From Adineta vaga (Eukaryota; Animalia; Rotifera): a stretch of DNA of 64,000 bases. The notes beneath the pieces are model-generated. The model saw nothing but the letters and a program-made list of their open reading frames with translations. It was not told where the DNA came from and did not search any database. Position 1 is the first letter of the stretch. Each line of letters opens with the position of its first letter. Below are positions 12,401-27,177 of the stretch, piece after piece. The translations under genes and the position numbers were made by a program. The stretch covers positions 3,286,001 to 3,350,000 of the forward strand of contig CP075493.1 of assembly GCA_021613535.1 (NCBI GenBank), read 5' to 3'.

Positions 12401-15014
12401 TTTAGGTAAAATCATATATTTCATCAATCTATAGAAAAATTACATGATTTAATTTTTCTAGCTATTGCTCGACGAAAACTTGATCTTGATGTAAATACAA
12501 TCATCCGTGCATTGAATAAGTATATACATTTTTTTGTTTCTTTCACCTTAATTGCAAATCAATTCCTTTGATCTCTTTATTCTAGTCTTGATTTAAAAAT
12601 TTTAACGGTGGATACAATTGATATCTTACAACATTTTATTCCAACTGAATCTGAAACACGTGCATTTGCATCGTATTTATCCGATGGAAAATCGATTGGA
12701 AATTTATCTGATGAAGATCGATTCTTACATGGAGTAACATAGAATGAATTTCCACTTATTTTGATTGATTTCTTTTGTTCTTGTTTTTCAGCTTTCGAAA
12801 ATTGAAAGATTAGCACAAAAATTGAATGTCGTTTCGTTTATGGCTAATTTTGATGATGTTAATCGAAATTTAACACCGCAACTTAAAGCAATTCTAACAG
12901 CATCAACAACATTAAAAAATAGTTCAAGATTTAAAAAACTTCTCGAAGTAAAAACATCAAAATTACGAAAAGTAATTAGATAATATATCTTATTTCTAGA
13001 TTGTACTTGCTTTTGGTAATTATATGAACAGTAGTAAACGTGGTCCGGCTTATGGATTTAAATTAGCAAGTTTAGAAATTGTAAGTTCAATGTTTATATT
13101 TCGATAATAAATTTTATTTGTAATTGTAGTTATCAGACACAAGAACACATGATAAACGTTTAACTTTACTTCATTTTCTTGTACAAACAGTTGAAGAACG
13201 ATTTCATGATGTTGCAAATTTCAGTAACGATTTACAATCTGTTGAAAAAGCTGCACAAGGTAAATCATTACAATAACTTTGCGATTGAAGTCTTTTCTTT
13301 AAAAATCAAGATCTTCTACTAAATTGAAAAGAGAGAAGAAAATTGTGTTTCATCAGACATTATCTACGTGCTTTTCCCAATAGATGTTTTACATCTAGAA
13401 TGCAAATTTTTTGATTGTTAACACGAAGAGATTATTTTGTTGATTATTATTTAGTATCTTTGGAAAATATTCAAATTGATGTACAAGATTTAACTCGTGG
13501 CTTAGATAATGCGAAAAAAGAACTTGTAATTCGACAGACAATGAAAGTATGAATTTTATCGTGAGAAAAATTTAATCTATTCAAAGAATTTTAGAATGTT
13601 GAAACGCGACCATTAGAAGAATTTCTTAATATTGCTCAAGCAAAAATCGATCGATTAATAAAAGATGCAAAATCTGCACAAGATTCATTCAATCAATGTG
13701 TAGAATATTTTGGTAAAAATGAAACTTTTCTAAATGAATTCAATGAAATATTCTCTTTTGTTTTACAAGGTGAAACACCACGAACACAAAATCCTTCGAA
13801 TTTCTTTTCTGTTTTTGTTAAATTTCAACGATCATATCAAGTAAGATTCTATCAAAATGAGTTACATTCTATTCTTCTTTTTTTTTCTTTGTATTCAAGC
13901 AAGCACGAATTGATAATGAAGAACGAATACGTTTGGCACGAGAAGCAGCTTTAATAAATGACAAACCAATGAATAAACGTTCAGTAAACAAACGTTCACA
14001 GGTAAATTTCTACTTTGGATAAAGTTTATATCTGAAAATTTCAAAATTAATTAGGAAGATAATCTTTTCACAGATCGGGTAACACATTCTTATTGTTTTG
14101 TCTATGAAACTAAGGCAATCTTATATATCACTTCACCCTTTTTGCTTAATTTTGCTTTAATTAAAATAATTAATTCGTCCTTCAATTCTCATGAACTTTT
14201 TTTGTTTAGGAAGAATTATTAAATGAATTAAAAGGACGAAAAGAAGCTATAAAAGATCAAAAATTAATTAAACGTGAAGCATTAACAGATGGTACTATTG
14301 AAACATTGTTAGATGGTATGATAATATCTTTTTCTTTTACTATATCTTCAAAAAAAACAACATATTCGAGATAATTGTTTGAATCTAACGAGAAGAGATG
14401 AAATTGATCTCGAATTGAATAAATTCTCGTATAAAGAATAACGAATGTAATTTAGTGTTTACATTAATGTGTATTCTAACCACAAGAGATCTGTTTTTGA
14501 ATTAATTATCACCTTAGTTCTATTGTCTCGTGATTAGAAATATATTTCTATAGTTATTTTTGTTTTACCTGTTGCATTCATTCATTCATTCAATGTTAAT
14601 GCTTTGTTTTATTAGAGACAATGGATAATAAGTTATTCTATTTTATCATAGTTACTCTTGTTTTTTTTATAGAGATCGATGTATGGTAGGAAAGTGTAAA
14701 ATAGTTCGAGTAGATATGATATTAATTCGATTAAATATTCTATTTTTGTTTGGTCTAAAATTAGACATGATTTAGTTAATGAAAAGATATTCAATCTTCT
14801 ACAGTTAAATGTGATACTTTCTCGGATATTTTTCAAGTGATTTTTTTCTTTTTGTTTAGATCTGAAAAAAGCGCCTTACTTACGAGCAGATGCTGCCCGT
14901 CGTAATCGGCGTAAAACCCAAGAATTAATGAAACAAATTAGTCGTGATGTACTTGCAGCTGTAACCAATGGCACGAGCACAACTTCGAGTAACACACCTG
15001 AGTTTCATCTATAA
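9470..15014 (+). CDS. FMNL: Formin-like protein (GBD/FH3, polyproline FH1, FH2, C-terminal WH2/DAD-like region); about 30 exons. Start uncertain (candidate ATGs at 8973 or 9678)
   Basis: [41 protein letters not shown], polyproline exons 11770-12080, [31 protein letters not shown]-terminal [21 protein letters not shown]. Confidence 0.92.
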
Positions 15015-15779
15015 ATAGACTGTGTCATCGATGGGTCAGATAAAAGGAACTTCTTTTTTCTTCTTGAATTCAGTCATAATGTATAGAGAAAAAAACGAAA
15101 TATTTCTGCATGTTTGTATATGAAATTGTCTTTTCACAAAATAAATCAACTGTCAATCAATTGAACGGAAAGTAAACATGCATTATGATGAACAGAAATA
15201 TTTGAAAAAGGAAAATCCAAATGTAGTCATGCTATAAATTGCATCTGTTTATGTATATATATATATTCTCTCGTCAAACAAATCGATTGATGAAGATGAA
15301 AATACAGATATTTAAATGCATGCACATGCTATGAATAATATAATATACGAGTGGGTGCAGATGAATAATTATATGAAAAAAACCTTGAAACAACAAAAAA
15401 GAATATTTCTGTCAAGTTTTTGTCATTATCATTGAACAAATATATATATATATATATATATTCATTAATTTGATTAAACATAACCTGTGTCAAATAACTT
15501 TGAAGATTTACAATTGTATAATTGAATTTTCTTCTTTTTCTTGAATATTCATGATTAACATGCACTGCATCATCATCATCATCATTATTTCTCGCTCGCT
15601 GATGATAAATTTTCATAAAGCTTATGTTTCAACGTTTTTCTTTTTCTCATGGTAAACGTTGACGTGGTTATCAACTTAAAGAGTGTGCGTGTGATGACAT
15701 TCATTCTCCGTTTCTATTTTCTCTTAGTTAATATATATTTGCATGAAGTTCTTTTTTTTTTTTTGTTCCATAAAGTTAC

Positions 15780-15797
15780 AGAGAGAGAGAGAGAGAG
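15780..15797. repeat. (AG)n microsatellite
   Basis: AGAGAGAGAGAGAGAGAG run. Confidence 0.8.
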
Positions 15798-17101
15798 ATC
15801 AACGAGAGAAAAGAACGTAGAAGAAATGATAATAATGAAATTCTCGCATTAGTTTTTCATATTCATGACTATGAACGATTATATTATTCGAATTTGAAAG
15901 TAAGTTAGATATTAATGTTCATTGAATCAAGAAACTCGCCATCTGGAATGCTCTCGCTCTCTCTCTTTTTCAGTCAACCATTGTACAAGACAAAATGAAT
16001 GTTCTAGTTCTCTTAACTGACGTAAAGTATCACCTTATGTCTCTGCTGTCACGCTTATAAAAACGTTAAAATTAATTTTCCTTTTTGCCTTCCTCTTTTC
16101 TGCCCACTGAAGTTGCGCATATATTAATAGTCAATAATGAACTACTCAGAACCATTGTGTCAGTTTTTTTTCTAATAAAAACGTTCATTTATCATTATGT
16201 CAACAGAAAAACTCCATAGATCTCGTTAGTTGATGTTTTTTTCCCCTCAGAATTTTATCAAGTTATATTTATATTTTGATAAGAATATATCAATCGAAGT
16301 AATTCAATAAATTCTGTTCTTTCCGTTTTTTTTTTGTTTTGAAGAGAAATAATAAAGAAGCCTTTTGCTTTAACTACAATAGATTCCCCTTGTGACTTTT
16401 CTTCTTCTTATACTTATAATTATCTCCCTCTTTCACTAGGATTATTAGAGTTCAATAAAAATAAGATTAGTGACTTTGTTAAATAATAGAAGATTATTAG
16501 AAAAGAAAATTATTGTCATGTTGATTTTCTAGTTTGTTCGATTAAACATACAGTATTCGGAACGAATCATTTGTTAATTATTACCTTGATTGCTTATACA
16601 ATCTGTCGTTGACTGTAATCGGAGAGATTTCTTCTTCTTTTTCTTTCCAAGACACGAAAGAAAAATGACTGTTGTTGATTTTCTTTCATTTCCGACATAA
16701 ACAGAAACAAAAAAAAGTTTTCTAAAAAAAAAGGAAGAAGAAAATCTCTATATTTGATATTCCTGACATTTTAGATGATATGCTAACGTAATGTGAGTAC
16801 ATAGGTTCATTTCTAAATACTCTTGTTATTCCTATAAGAATGAAAAGTTTTAATTTTCTTTCGACGTTCATTTTCTTTTTCTTATCAACTAAAACATCAA
16901 ATATATTTTATTAGTCGTTCTCAAATATGTACTCAAGTAAATTACATTCGTCCTCTTATTTTTATCACGTCAATAATTCAAATATTGAAAGAAATTACAT
17001 ATCAGAATACTCATCCGTTCATATGAAACAAAAATATTTTCATGTTTTTAGATGTAACATGCTTTTCTAGAAGAGAGATCCATTGATAAATAAACATATT
17101 C

Positions 17102-20100
17102 ATGCAATTCCTATCGAATCATCAATCAGCAAAATCACGTTCAAATATGGCCTCATCGGACTCTTGGTTGGGATTAAGAAATCTATCAGCTATTCTTATG
17201 ACTCGTACATCATTCAAAGTCAATGAAGAACATTTATATAATTTAGCAATCAAAGCACGATTAGAAAATCGTGAATGTGGTTATCTTTCTCGTCGCGGTG
17301 GTCAAGATCCATCATCATCACCAAATAAATGGCAATTAAAATGGTTTGTTCTGTATCAGAATTTGTTATTCTATTATGAAAATGTCAATTCATCGAAACC
17401 ACAAGGAGTTTATTTCCTTGAAAGTTGTTATTCTTCACGTTCAACAGTTAAAAATAGTAAAGATGGCGAGAAATTAGTAAGTATCAAGAAAAAACCTCAT
17501 TAGTTGTTTCATAATCAAACCTTAAAAAGTTTCCAATGACTATTACGATTTTCATTTGAATGATTAGGGTTAAAAAGATCTTTTCCTTTTCTTTTAATAA
17601 CAAGTCTATCTTTAATGAAATCTTCCAACATATTATTAGTAAACTGTAATTAATCTTCTTCTTAAGATTGGAAAACATAGATATATTCTGACATAGAAAA
17701 CTCGTTTTTCGAATATATCAATATCTGATATGTCACGAGAGATTATATCCTCATGATCTAAGATATGTCAATTAAAACGAGAGAAAAATTAAATTGGCTA
17801 GAGATATTTTTGCATGTATGAATTGAAATGACATTTTTTTTGTTTTGTAGAATTGTTTTTCAATATCATATACACGTGATGGTCGAAATGCAATTGAATT
17901 TGCTGCAGAATCAGAAACGGATTGTCAAGTATGGATTGAATGTATTCAATCATGCAGGTAGGAGAAAAAATTGAATGGAAATGTTCGTTTTTCAATTCTA
18001 TTGTTTTAGTTATAATCGTTTATTGTCGATGAAAGAAGAAATTGAACAAAAATATCTTCATTTATCACAAGTTTATGAAAGTGAAGCAAAAACGAAATAT
18101 CAATATTTACAACAAGTTGAAGAATTATCAGCTGAAGTTCGAGAATTACGTCGTGAAGTAAGACGGAAATTTCGATAAATTTATACTAGTATGTTGTTGT
18201 TTTTTTTTTGTCTCAGTTATCTCGATATCGACGTCAACATCATCTCTTACGAACGAAAAGTATTGCGGAAGAAGATTCAGCAGAAATACGAAAAATTAAA
18301 AAAGTTCAAAGTCTTTGTCGAGGTTGGTTATATAGACAACGATGGAAACGAATTGTTGAAGAGTATATTCGGTATTTATAAGTTTTTATCTATTCATGAC
18401 CTTTCTGTGTGTCTCTATTTTGATAATTAAATATGTTCATCTAGAAAATAGGTGAAGATGTTAAAATAATCAATCAAATTTATCCCTCTTCATGTTTTTT
18501 AACGTCATAGAATGAAGACCAGACGTGAATTCTATTGATAAAAAATAGAACATCATTAACACTTGAAAATTCGTTTTGAATAGAATCTTGTTTTAGGAAG
18601 TGTTAATTAGAAATATTGGATTTATTTTTAGTTCACCACATGCAGAATTAATGCGTAAACGCAATAATATTATTTTTAATTTGGTTGAAAGTGAACGAGA
18701 CTATGTTCATCAATTAGAAATTCTCGTTGCTAATTATGTGCGACCATTTCGAATGGGTAAGAATATATTCCTATGGTCTGTTGATTATATTGAATATCTC
18801 ATTCTTTCTAGCGGCAAGTTCAAAAAAGCCACCAATTACACATGAAGATGTTAATTCAATCTTTCTTAATACGTATGATGAAATGAATTTGAAGCTCGTA
18901 TAAGTCTTTTATTTTCTTTATAGAGAAATTATTTTATTTCTTCATCAAATTTTTTATAAAGGTTTATCGAAAAAACTCGAAAATTGGCCAACATTTTATA
19001 CCGGTTAGGCGAAAATTAATCATGAAATTTTTTTTCACTTTACATCTTCATTCTACTTTCCTAGGTGATCTATTCGATATGTTCATATCGATGTTACATA
19101 TCTATTTAGAATATGTTCGAAATCATCATTATAGTTTACAAGTAAATATTTCATAATGTTTTGTTAGTTTGTCAAAAAAACAAACCCCAGATGTTTCGTT
19201 TCGTTTAGTGTTTAGTTGAATGTAAATTAAGTAATCCGGATTTTAATAAATTTCTTGAACGATGTGAACAAAAAGTAGCATGTGAAAGTCTAACACTTGA
19301 TACATTACTTGTTCTACCAATGAATCGGGTTTGTAACAAATGATTTTAATTAATTTTATTTTGACTTTTTCTTATTTCTTAGATTCCATATTATATCGTT
19401 ACGCTAGCAAATTGTTTATCACATACGCCACATGCACATGTTGAAAGAGAAAAATTAGAACAAACGAAATCAAAATTAGAAGAACTTTCAACAGTAAGTT
19501 GATTAAAATTATATAGAAACAATAATTTGATTCTGTTTCGGATAGATTATGCACGATGAAGTATCAGAAACTGAACATATTCGAGCTAATTTAGCTATCG
19601 AACGATCAATTGCTGAAGGTTGTGATGTCCTATTAGATGTTAATCAAGTACTTTGCCGACAAGGTAAGAGAAGAATACTGTGAAAGAAATAATTGTTTGC
19701 AGCAAATTCAAATATATGTGTTTTACTTTCATTTATATGCTTATAGATAGTCTTATCTTATGGAATGGTGATCGAAATAAATCAAGTATTGGTCAACGAT
19801 TTACAACACGAGAACTTCGTCGTAATGAAAGTGTTGTTCAATGTTATCTATTTTCTAATCATCTAGTTACCACTACTCGAGCATCCAGTGGAAAATTACA
19901 TCTTGTCAAAGTATATACATATATATATATATATTTATTTATTATCTATATGAATGTTTAATCTTCTTTAATTCTTAAAGGGCTGTGGAGTTATTCCATT
20001 AGCTGATGTTACACTTATCGAAGATGTTGCAGCTGATGCTCAACATTTACTTACGTCTGTTATTGAAGAAGATAGTGCCGAGGATACAAATTCCAATATA

Positions 20101-23100
20101 ATTGATAGTAAAACTGGTGATATTGATATGAATGTTAATCGTCTATTTCGTTTGATTGTTGAATCACGTGATCAAACACCATATACAACAACATTTATTG
20201 CTAATGATGAAAAACATAAATCAGAATGGTGTACTGATATAGCACAATGTCTACAAAATCTTCGTTATACAGAATTAGTAACTGGTACATTTCGAAATGA
20301 ATCATCTGTAATGTCACCAGAATCTGTCAAGTAAGAACTCATCCTAAAAACTGATTTTATTTTGATAAGAATTATTCTTCTCGATTAGATCGGATTTAAA
20401 ATTATATAAAGATGATTTAGAAATCAAATATTCGAAAACATTAGATTCATGTAAAATACCACAAGTAAAATCTTGACATTTTATTTTGATAAAAATGAAT
20501 ATTGATTATTTCTTATCTAGATTCGACATGCAACTGTCGAACGATTATTGGAACGTTTAACTGATTTACGTTTTCTTTCCATTGATTTTCTTAATACATT
20601 TTTATTAACTTATCGTTTATATACCGATGCTTATACAGTTATGGAAACATTAGTTCGTGTTTATAAATCTTCACCGCATACATCATTAGATCATACAAAT
20701 GATATCGATGGAACTAATTCGCATTTGAATCATAAAACTGATGAACATCATAAGTAAATAGAGAAAATGAATCGATTCATTTATTTCTTGAATATTTTCT
20801 TTTTCAGAGATAAATTAGTTCTTATCAATGAGAACGAAGCTGAATTAAATCGACGTGTATCAGAAGGTGATTATTGTCTTATTAATTCGAATTCTCTTCA
20901 TGTATTTCTTCTTTCTTTTACAAAGGTGTGCATTCATTACCAATTGATACTACTAGTCAACAAGAACGAGATCTAAGAAGACATTCACATATTGGAACAT
21001 TTCGTCGAGCATTAAGTAAGAAAATAAATGAACATGTTCGATGGAAAGAACTCGTCGTTATTTTTAGGTATCGATCAAAACGAAGCAATAACTACGACAA
21101 AACATATTGAGAAAAGTAAGTCAAAAACTTTTCATTGACCTCTCGATTAAGATACTAATCATCACAGTAAGCATCTTCACAGAAAAAGAACTGAAAATAA
21201 GAGCACGTTCTGTAAATTCTATAGTGTAATAGAATACGCTTCCTATGGTTCAAACTACAAAGATGTCAAAAAGTATATATATATATATGTGTACTTCTTT
21301 ATGTATCTTCAATTCTCTCGTAATGTAGTGCATTTCCGTCTTTCGAATGTCGTTCGATGAATGTCAATATAAAAAGAAAAGAAACAACAGATTCTAATGA
21401 TCTATTCAGTTTCGCACAATGAGGAAAACGTGTTTTACATACTATTATGTTTTTCTTTGAAATATTTAGAAGTTTCAATAAGATCTACGGAAACAAATAT
21501 TATACCAACAACTCCATCAATAGATATCACTGCTTCTGTCGATCGATTACATACTGATTTAGCACCACTTGCATCATCTGAAACATTTTCCGATGTTGTC
21601 TCATTATGTCATGATGATCAATTAAAAAAAGATAAAAAAACATTTAATACGGAGAAAAAATCTAATCAAATGAATAAAATCAATGATTTTGATTCATTGG
21701 AAATTCTCTTCGATTTTCCATCAGTTGATTTATCCATTGATTCACAAACTGATATTGTACATCCAGTGGAAACACCATCTCGCATAAGATTCTCAGAAAA
21801 TACTCAAATAATCAACATACAGAAAGTAAATTTTAGGAATGAATTTAATCATGATTTTCCTTTCAATGCATTTTATTTCATAGGAAGACAATAAATCACT
21901 TCGTATCGAAAAAAGTGATAGTCCACCAGTACAAAAATCACAACAACGTTTACGATTAGATTCACCAGCAAATCAAACTGTTTCACAGAATGTACAATGG
22001 CTTTGTATGTTTTCAATAAAATTTCTTCTGTTTTTGTTGCTCATTGGTTTTATTCATCTTTAGCAAAACGATTAAGTGAAGTTCTTTCATCACCAAGACA
22101 AAGTATTCGAAATGCAGCTGAAGGTCCCTTAAAAAAAGTTTTACCCGGCGTTGTGGTTACCTCATCACGATCATCTCGTCGACGAATAAGTTCAGCTGCT
22201 GCCACTCAAGCATTTGCTGTTGCTACATCTGGTGAATCTCCAAAAGGTATGAGACAAGAACGATTATCAAGTAATCCAGGTATAGAGTAACATTTAATTT
22301 ATTTTACTTATTATTTATTTACTATTACAGGTGGAGGTTCAGTTTCAACTCAATCAGCTACGACAAATAACAGTGCTATGGTGTTAAGTTCAAGAGAACA
22401 GAGAGCAAATGAATATATCATTGTTAATACAGCTTCGACAATGCGTGTTCTTAATGTTCTTCGACATTGGTTAACAAAACATCCTTTAGTAAGTATTAAT
22501 CGATTATCAAAGTGGAATAATTGTACAAAACAAAAAATGATATGCTAATTTATCATTTGATTTTTGTTTATTTTAGGATTTTCATACCAATCCTAAACTT
22601 AAAGAAGTAAGCAACATCTTTCTTATAATCCTATACTTCAATAATAATATTTGATTTAGATGGTTCTTGAACTCTTACAAGATATGGTATTGAATGATTA
22701 TTTGATTACTGCTGAACATAAAGCAGCTGTTGCAATTATTAAACAATTAGAAACAACCGAAATCGATGATCAAAATGAACAATTACGTTTACTTTTAAAT
22801 CCAACACAAGTATTTTGAAAGAATTCTTATTGGATTTGTTCGATAAAGATGATTTGTTTTTCTAGACATCAAATGCAACATTTGAACAGATTGCCGTTTC
22901 TGATCTGGCTGAACAAATGACATTGATTGATCATAAACTTTTTTGTGCTTTAGGCAGCGAGTAAGAGAAATGATATTTTGGAGAAGGATTAATGATCTCA
23001 TTTCTTTTCTTATCTTCGTAGGGAATTACTTTTACTTGGTTGGATGAAACCTGGACGAGAAGATTTAGCACCCAATGTTGCTCTTGTATCTAAACGATTC

Positions 23101-23976
23101 AATGAAGTATAACATTTTGTTTTTCGATTCATCTTCATTTATTGAATTGATTTACAGATGTGTCGACTTGTTATCACCGAAATCTTGACACAAGCAACTA
23201 TGAATGATCGAATTCAATGCATTGAAAAATGGAGTAAGTCCACAAAGTTTAGAAATTACAGCAATTGAGTTGAGTTCTTTCTGACACATTGGTTTTTGAC
23301 AGTCTTTGAAAATAAGGTCAATGCAAAGTGATTATGATTATTTTAGGTACGGTTGCTGATATATGTCGTTATTTACGAAACTTCAATGGTGTTCTTCAAA
23401 TAATGGCTGCTTTTGTTAATAGTTCTGTATATCGTTTAAAACAAACTTGGGATCGAATATCAAAACAACATAAACAAGTTATCAATAAACTTCAAAGTTT
23501 AGTTCATTCAGATGGAAAATTCAAAAATTTACGTGACACTCTAACAAAGTAAAATGATGATGAACAAAAGATGTTTCACGAATAAATCATTTTTTCTTCT
23601 TCGTAATAAATAGAGTTGATCCGCCATGTGTACCTTATCTTGGTTTATATTTATCGGATTTAACATTCATTGAAGAAAGTTCTCAAGATATATCAGAAAA
23701 AAAATTAATCAATTTTTCTAAAATGCGAATGGTAAAACATATAAATGATATAAATTTCATCCATTTTGTTTTCGTTCTCTTCATTTCTAGAAAACACATA
23801 TTATTAATGAAATACATCGTTTTCAATCGACTGCATATAAAATCAAACATAATCCACGTGTTTGTTCCTATTTATTAAATCAATCGAAACTTTTAAGTGA
23901 AGATCAATGTTATATTCTTTCATTGAAACTCGAACCCCGTGCATCTCGTGCAGGACTACTTAATTTCGGTGTATAA
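17102..23976 (+). CDS. RASGRF: Ras-specific guanine nucleotide-releasing factor (PH, coiled coil, IQ, DH, PH, REM, CDC25), many exons
   Basis: [18 protein letters not shown] (PH1), [18 protein letters not shown] (IQ), [16 protein letters not shown] (DH), [24 protein letters not shown] (REM), [19 protein letters not shown] (CDC25). Confidence 0.95.
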
Positions 23977-24208
23977 CAACGTTTCTTTCTTTTTCAATAA
24001 AGTTTATCTAGATATTTTATCGATACAGATTGAAATCATTTCTTTGTTCTAAACAAAATATCAACCGTTAGACTATTTACAACTTGATTTTTTCTTTGGT
24101 ATAGAACATCGTCTAAGTGGTCTAGTTATATATTTATTAGACTGTCTATGTACGCATCGAAAATTGAATATAATAAACTGTCGTGTTTTTAGTTTCTGAT
24201 CAATTTGT

Positions 24209-24526
24209 TTAAGCAGTACCATCATTGCTTTTCATCTTCATTAGACTATTAAGAATACCATTGGCATGCGTAAGATCACTTGGTTCTAATGTACCATTTT
24301 TATCAGCATCTAGTTTCTTAAAAATAGCCTTTGCCAATAATTTTGCAGCGATACCTTTAACGCCATGCTGTTGTAATAATAATTGTAAATCTTCTTTTGT
24401 TACACGTCCATCACCATTTTTATCTAACATACGAAATGCTTCTGTTGGATTACTAAATGCATTCTTCAAACCAGCTACATCGAATTTTGATGGCAATGCA
24501 TTGGCAGCTTCTTGTTCATACGACAT
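24209..24526 (-). CDS. Small intronless EF-hand calcium-binding protein (105 aa, 2 EF-hands)
   Basis: Canonical loops DKNGDGRVTKED and DADKNGTLEPSD. Confidence 0.85.
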   Translation of the reverse strand: MSYEQEAANALPSKFDVAGLKNAFSNPTEAFRMLDKNGDGRVTKEDLQLLLQQHGVKGIAAKLLAKAIFKKLDADKNGTLEPSDLTHANGILNSLMKMKSNDGTA

Positions 24527-25297
24527 ATTTCTTTTTAGTCGTCTGTACGATTTTTTTTATTTGTCAAATGAGTCGTTGCACTGAAAGGTGAAAAATCTTT
24601 GCGTTTAAATAACAAATCGTTACGAGAATCACACTGATAAAGATTGAAAGACAGAACGAACGAAAAGAGAAAAGTATTAAAAAATGAATCATACATGACG
24701 TTCGAGTGCTTATAATTAGGGAGAGTATAGAATTACTGTGTTATTTTTTATTTTCTTTTTGTACTGTTAACTCTCTCTTTTATCGAGTGTATAGAGACGA
24801 ACAAATCGATGTAAATAACTATTTATCTTTTAGTTATCGTTTGATATATATTTTAAAAGAAAGAATACTGTGAATTACAAAGAAGTCAAAAAATGAAATT
24901 AATCACCTTGAATGTGTATGGTTCATCGTCGGGTCTCTCCTAGAGGCATCTGTTTGACCTAATAAACTACGGGATTATTTTGTATGTTCAGGACATTTGC
25001 AAAACTTGATTTCAACTTATATTTGATAATTGAAATAAATTTTCAACAATCCCATTCATTCAATGAAACTGTTACGATCTATGTTTCACGATAGAGATGT
25101 TCTTCATACACAAGACTCAAGGTTATTATGTTTTAAAACATATTCAAATTGTAAATATTTTTTTTCATGTGACTCAATCTTTGTTGAATCACAATATATC
25201 TTGTTATCTATTCTTATATCTTCAACAAACGTATATCATTCTTGTCTTTATATACATTGTTGTCAAATACGAAGTTTTTTGTCACATCTACGATAAA

Positions 25298-27177
25298 ATG
25301 AAATTTATGTTTACTGTTTTCATTTTATTTACTATACTTTTTTACGAAAATTCAGCACTTGATTTCGATAATTATACCTTATATATTAATCAGCTTAGTT
25401 ATGATGAAAATTTTCTTGATGAATATACTAAATGGTCATTGAAACTTTTTTCTCAATCGGATTATCTTTATGGTGATCGTCATAATCGATTCTCATGTAC
25501 TATTGACAATTTCAAGAACAATTATAGTACTCCTACATCAGTACATCAGCTTCGACCAAATGATATCAAATGTATCGGTGCGATGGGTGATAGTTTAACA
25601 ACTGGTTTAGCTGCACAAGCAATAGCTCCAACGGTTCTATTATTTGAAAGTCGAGGTAATATTTAATAAAGAAACATTTTTGTCTTATTACATATCTCTG
25701 TATTGTTTGTTTAGGTATATCTTGGTCTATTGGAGGAGATTATACCTATTCAAAATTTCCATCGATACCAAATACATTACGAGAATATAATCCAGATTTA
25801 CAAGGTTTTTCTACGACAGTTTCAATGATGTCCTCGAACGATGAAAATGCTACTGATAATGGATTGAATGTCGGTAAGTATCAGACATTGATTGATCAAT
25901 CGAATTGAATATTTTGTCTATTGCTCAAGCTAATTTCGGAGATCGTTCTATTCATATACCTTTTCAAGCTGAACTTCTTATTGATCGAATAAAAACTGAA
26001 CAATTATGTGATTGGAACAATGATTGGAAACTCATTACACTTTTTATTGGAGTAAGTTATTTGAAAATAATATATAAAAACTTCAACATACCTCTTAGGT
26101 TAATGACTTATGTAGCTTTTGTGAAGATTCTGATAGTTCTAAATCTACACCAGAACGGTATCTAATCAATGTTCGTGAAGCATTAGATACCTTATATAAA
26201 ACTCCGATGCCACGTACATTAGTCAATTTAGTACTTCCATCTGATGTTCGTAGTATTCAAGAACGTACTAATGGTGGATATGTTTGTCAATTACTTTTAA
26301 AACGAATATGTCCATGTGCTGCTTTTCCAACAGTACAACAAGCAAAGATATTGAATGATTACATTAAACAATATCATCAGTTACTAATAAAATTGATTAA
26401 TAGTGGTCGATATGATGAACGTGATGATTTTACTGTTGTTATTCAACCATTTATGACGAACATAGATCTACCATCGAAAGATAATCAAAATATTGATTTT
26501 AGTTATTTTGCACCGGATTGCTTTCATTTTAGTGGTATGTTCGTATTCTCTTAATATAAGTGAATCAATCATTTATCTTAGGTAAAGGCCATTCTCTAGC
26601 AGCACTTTCATTATGGAACAATATGTTCGAACCTGTAGGTGGTAAACACTCATCATGGTATACGAATGAATCATTAAAATGTCCAACAAAAGAATATCCA
26701 TATATATTCACATCAAAAAATTCAGCAAAAGCTTTGAATGAGCTTAAACATACCACACGAATGCAGACAACGAAAACAATCCAAACATCAAAAGCACAGA
26801 CATCAACAATGCAGAAATCAACAATGATGAGTAATATCTCGAGAACTATTACGGTTGCTAAATATCATCATGAAGACAAAGAGACGACTCCAAAATCATC
26901 GATGAATAGAAAACAAATATTCGGTCTCACTGTTCTTTCAATAGCTATTGTGATTATTATTGTATCGATAATTAGACGTCAAACGGGTACTCGTATGGTC
27001 AATTCTCCATTTGCACAACGTGATTTTACTAGTTTTCATAATCCACAACGCGTAGATGGTGATGATGAAGATGATGATGGTGATGCAGAAGTTTGGAATC
27101 GACCTAATACAGACGCAGTTTATTTGGATGATGATAAAACAACGAAAACACATGGTACACGTATCGCATTTGAATAA
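25298..27177 (+). CDS. PLB1: Phospholipase B1-like SGNH/GDSL lipase: signal peptide, single catalytic domain, Thr/Ser-rich stalk, TM helix; 5 exons
   Basis: SVHQLRPNDIKCIGAMGDSLT, SWSIGG, DWKLITLFIGVNDLC, FTVVIQPF, YFAPDCFHFS, LWNNMFEPVG; TM IFGLTVLSIAIVIIIVSII. Confidence 0.88.

Noticed and set aside
24225-24584. 119-aa plus-strand ORF overlapping the EF-hand gene
   Set aside because: Antisense shadow ORF with no motif.
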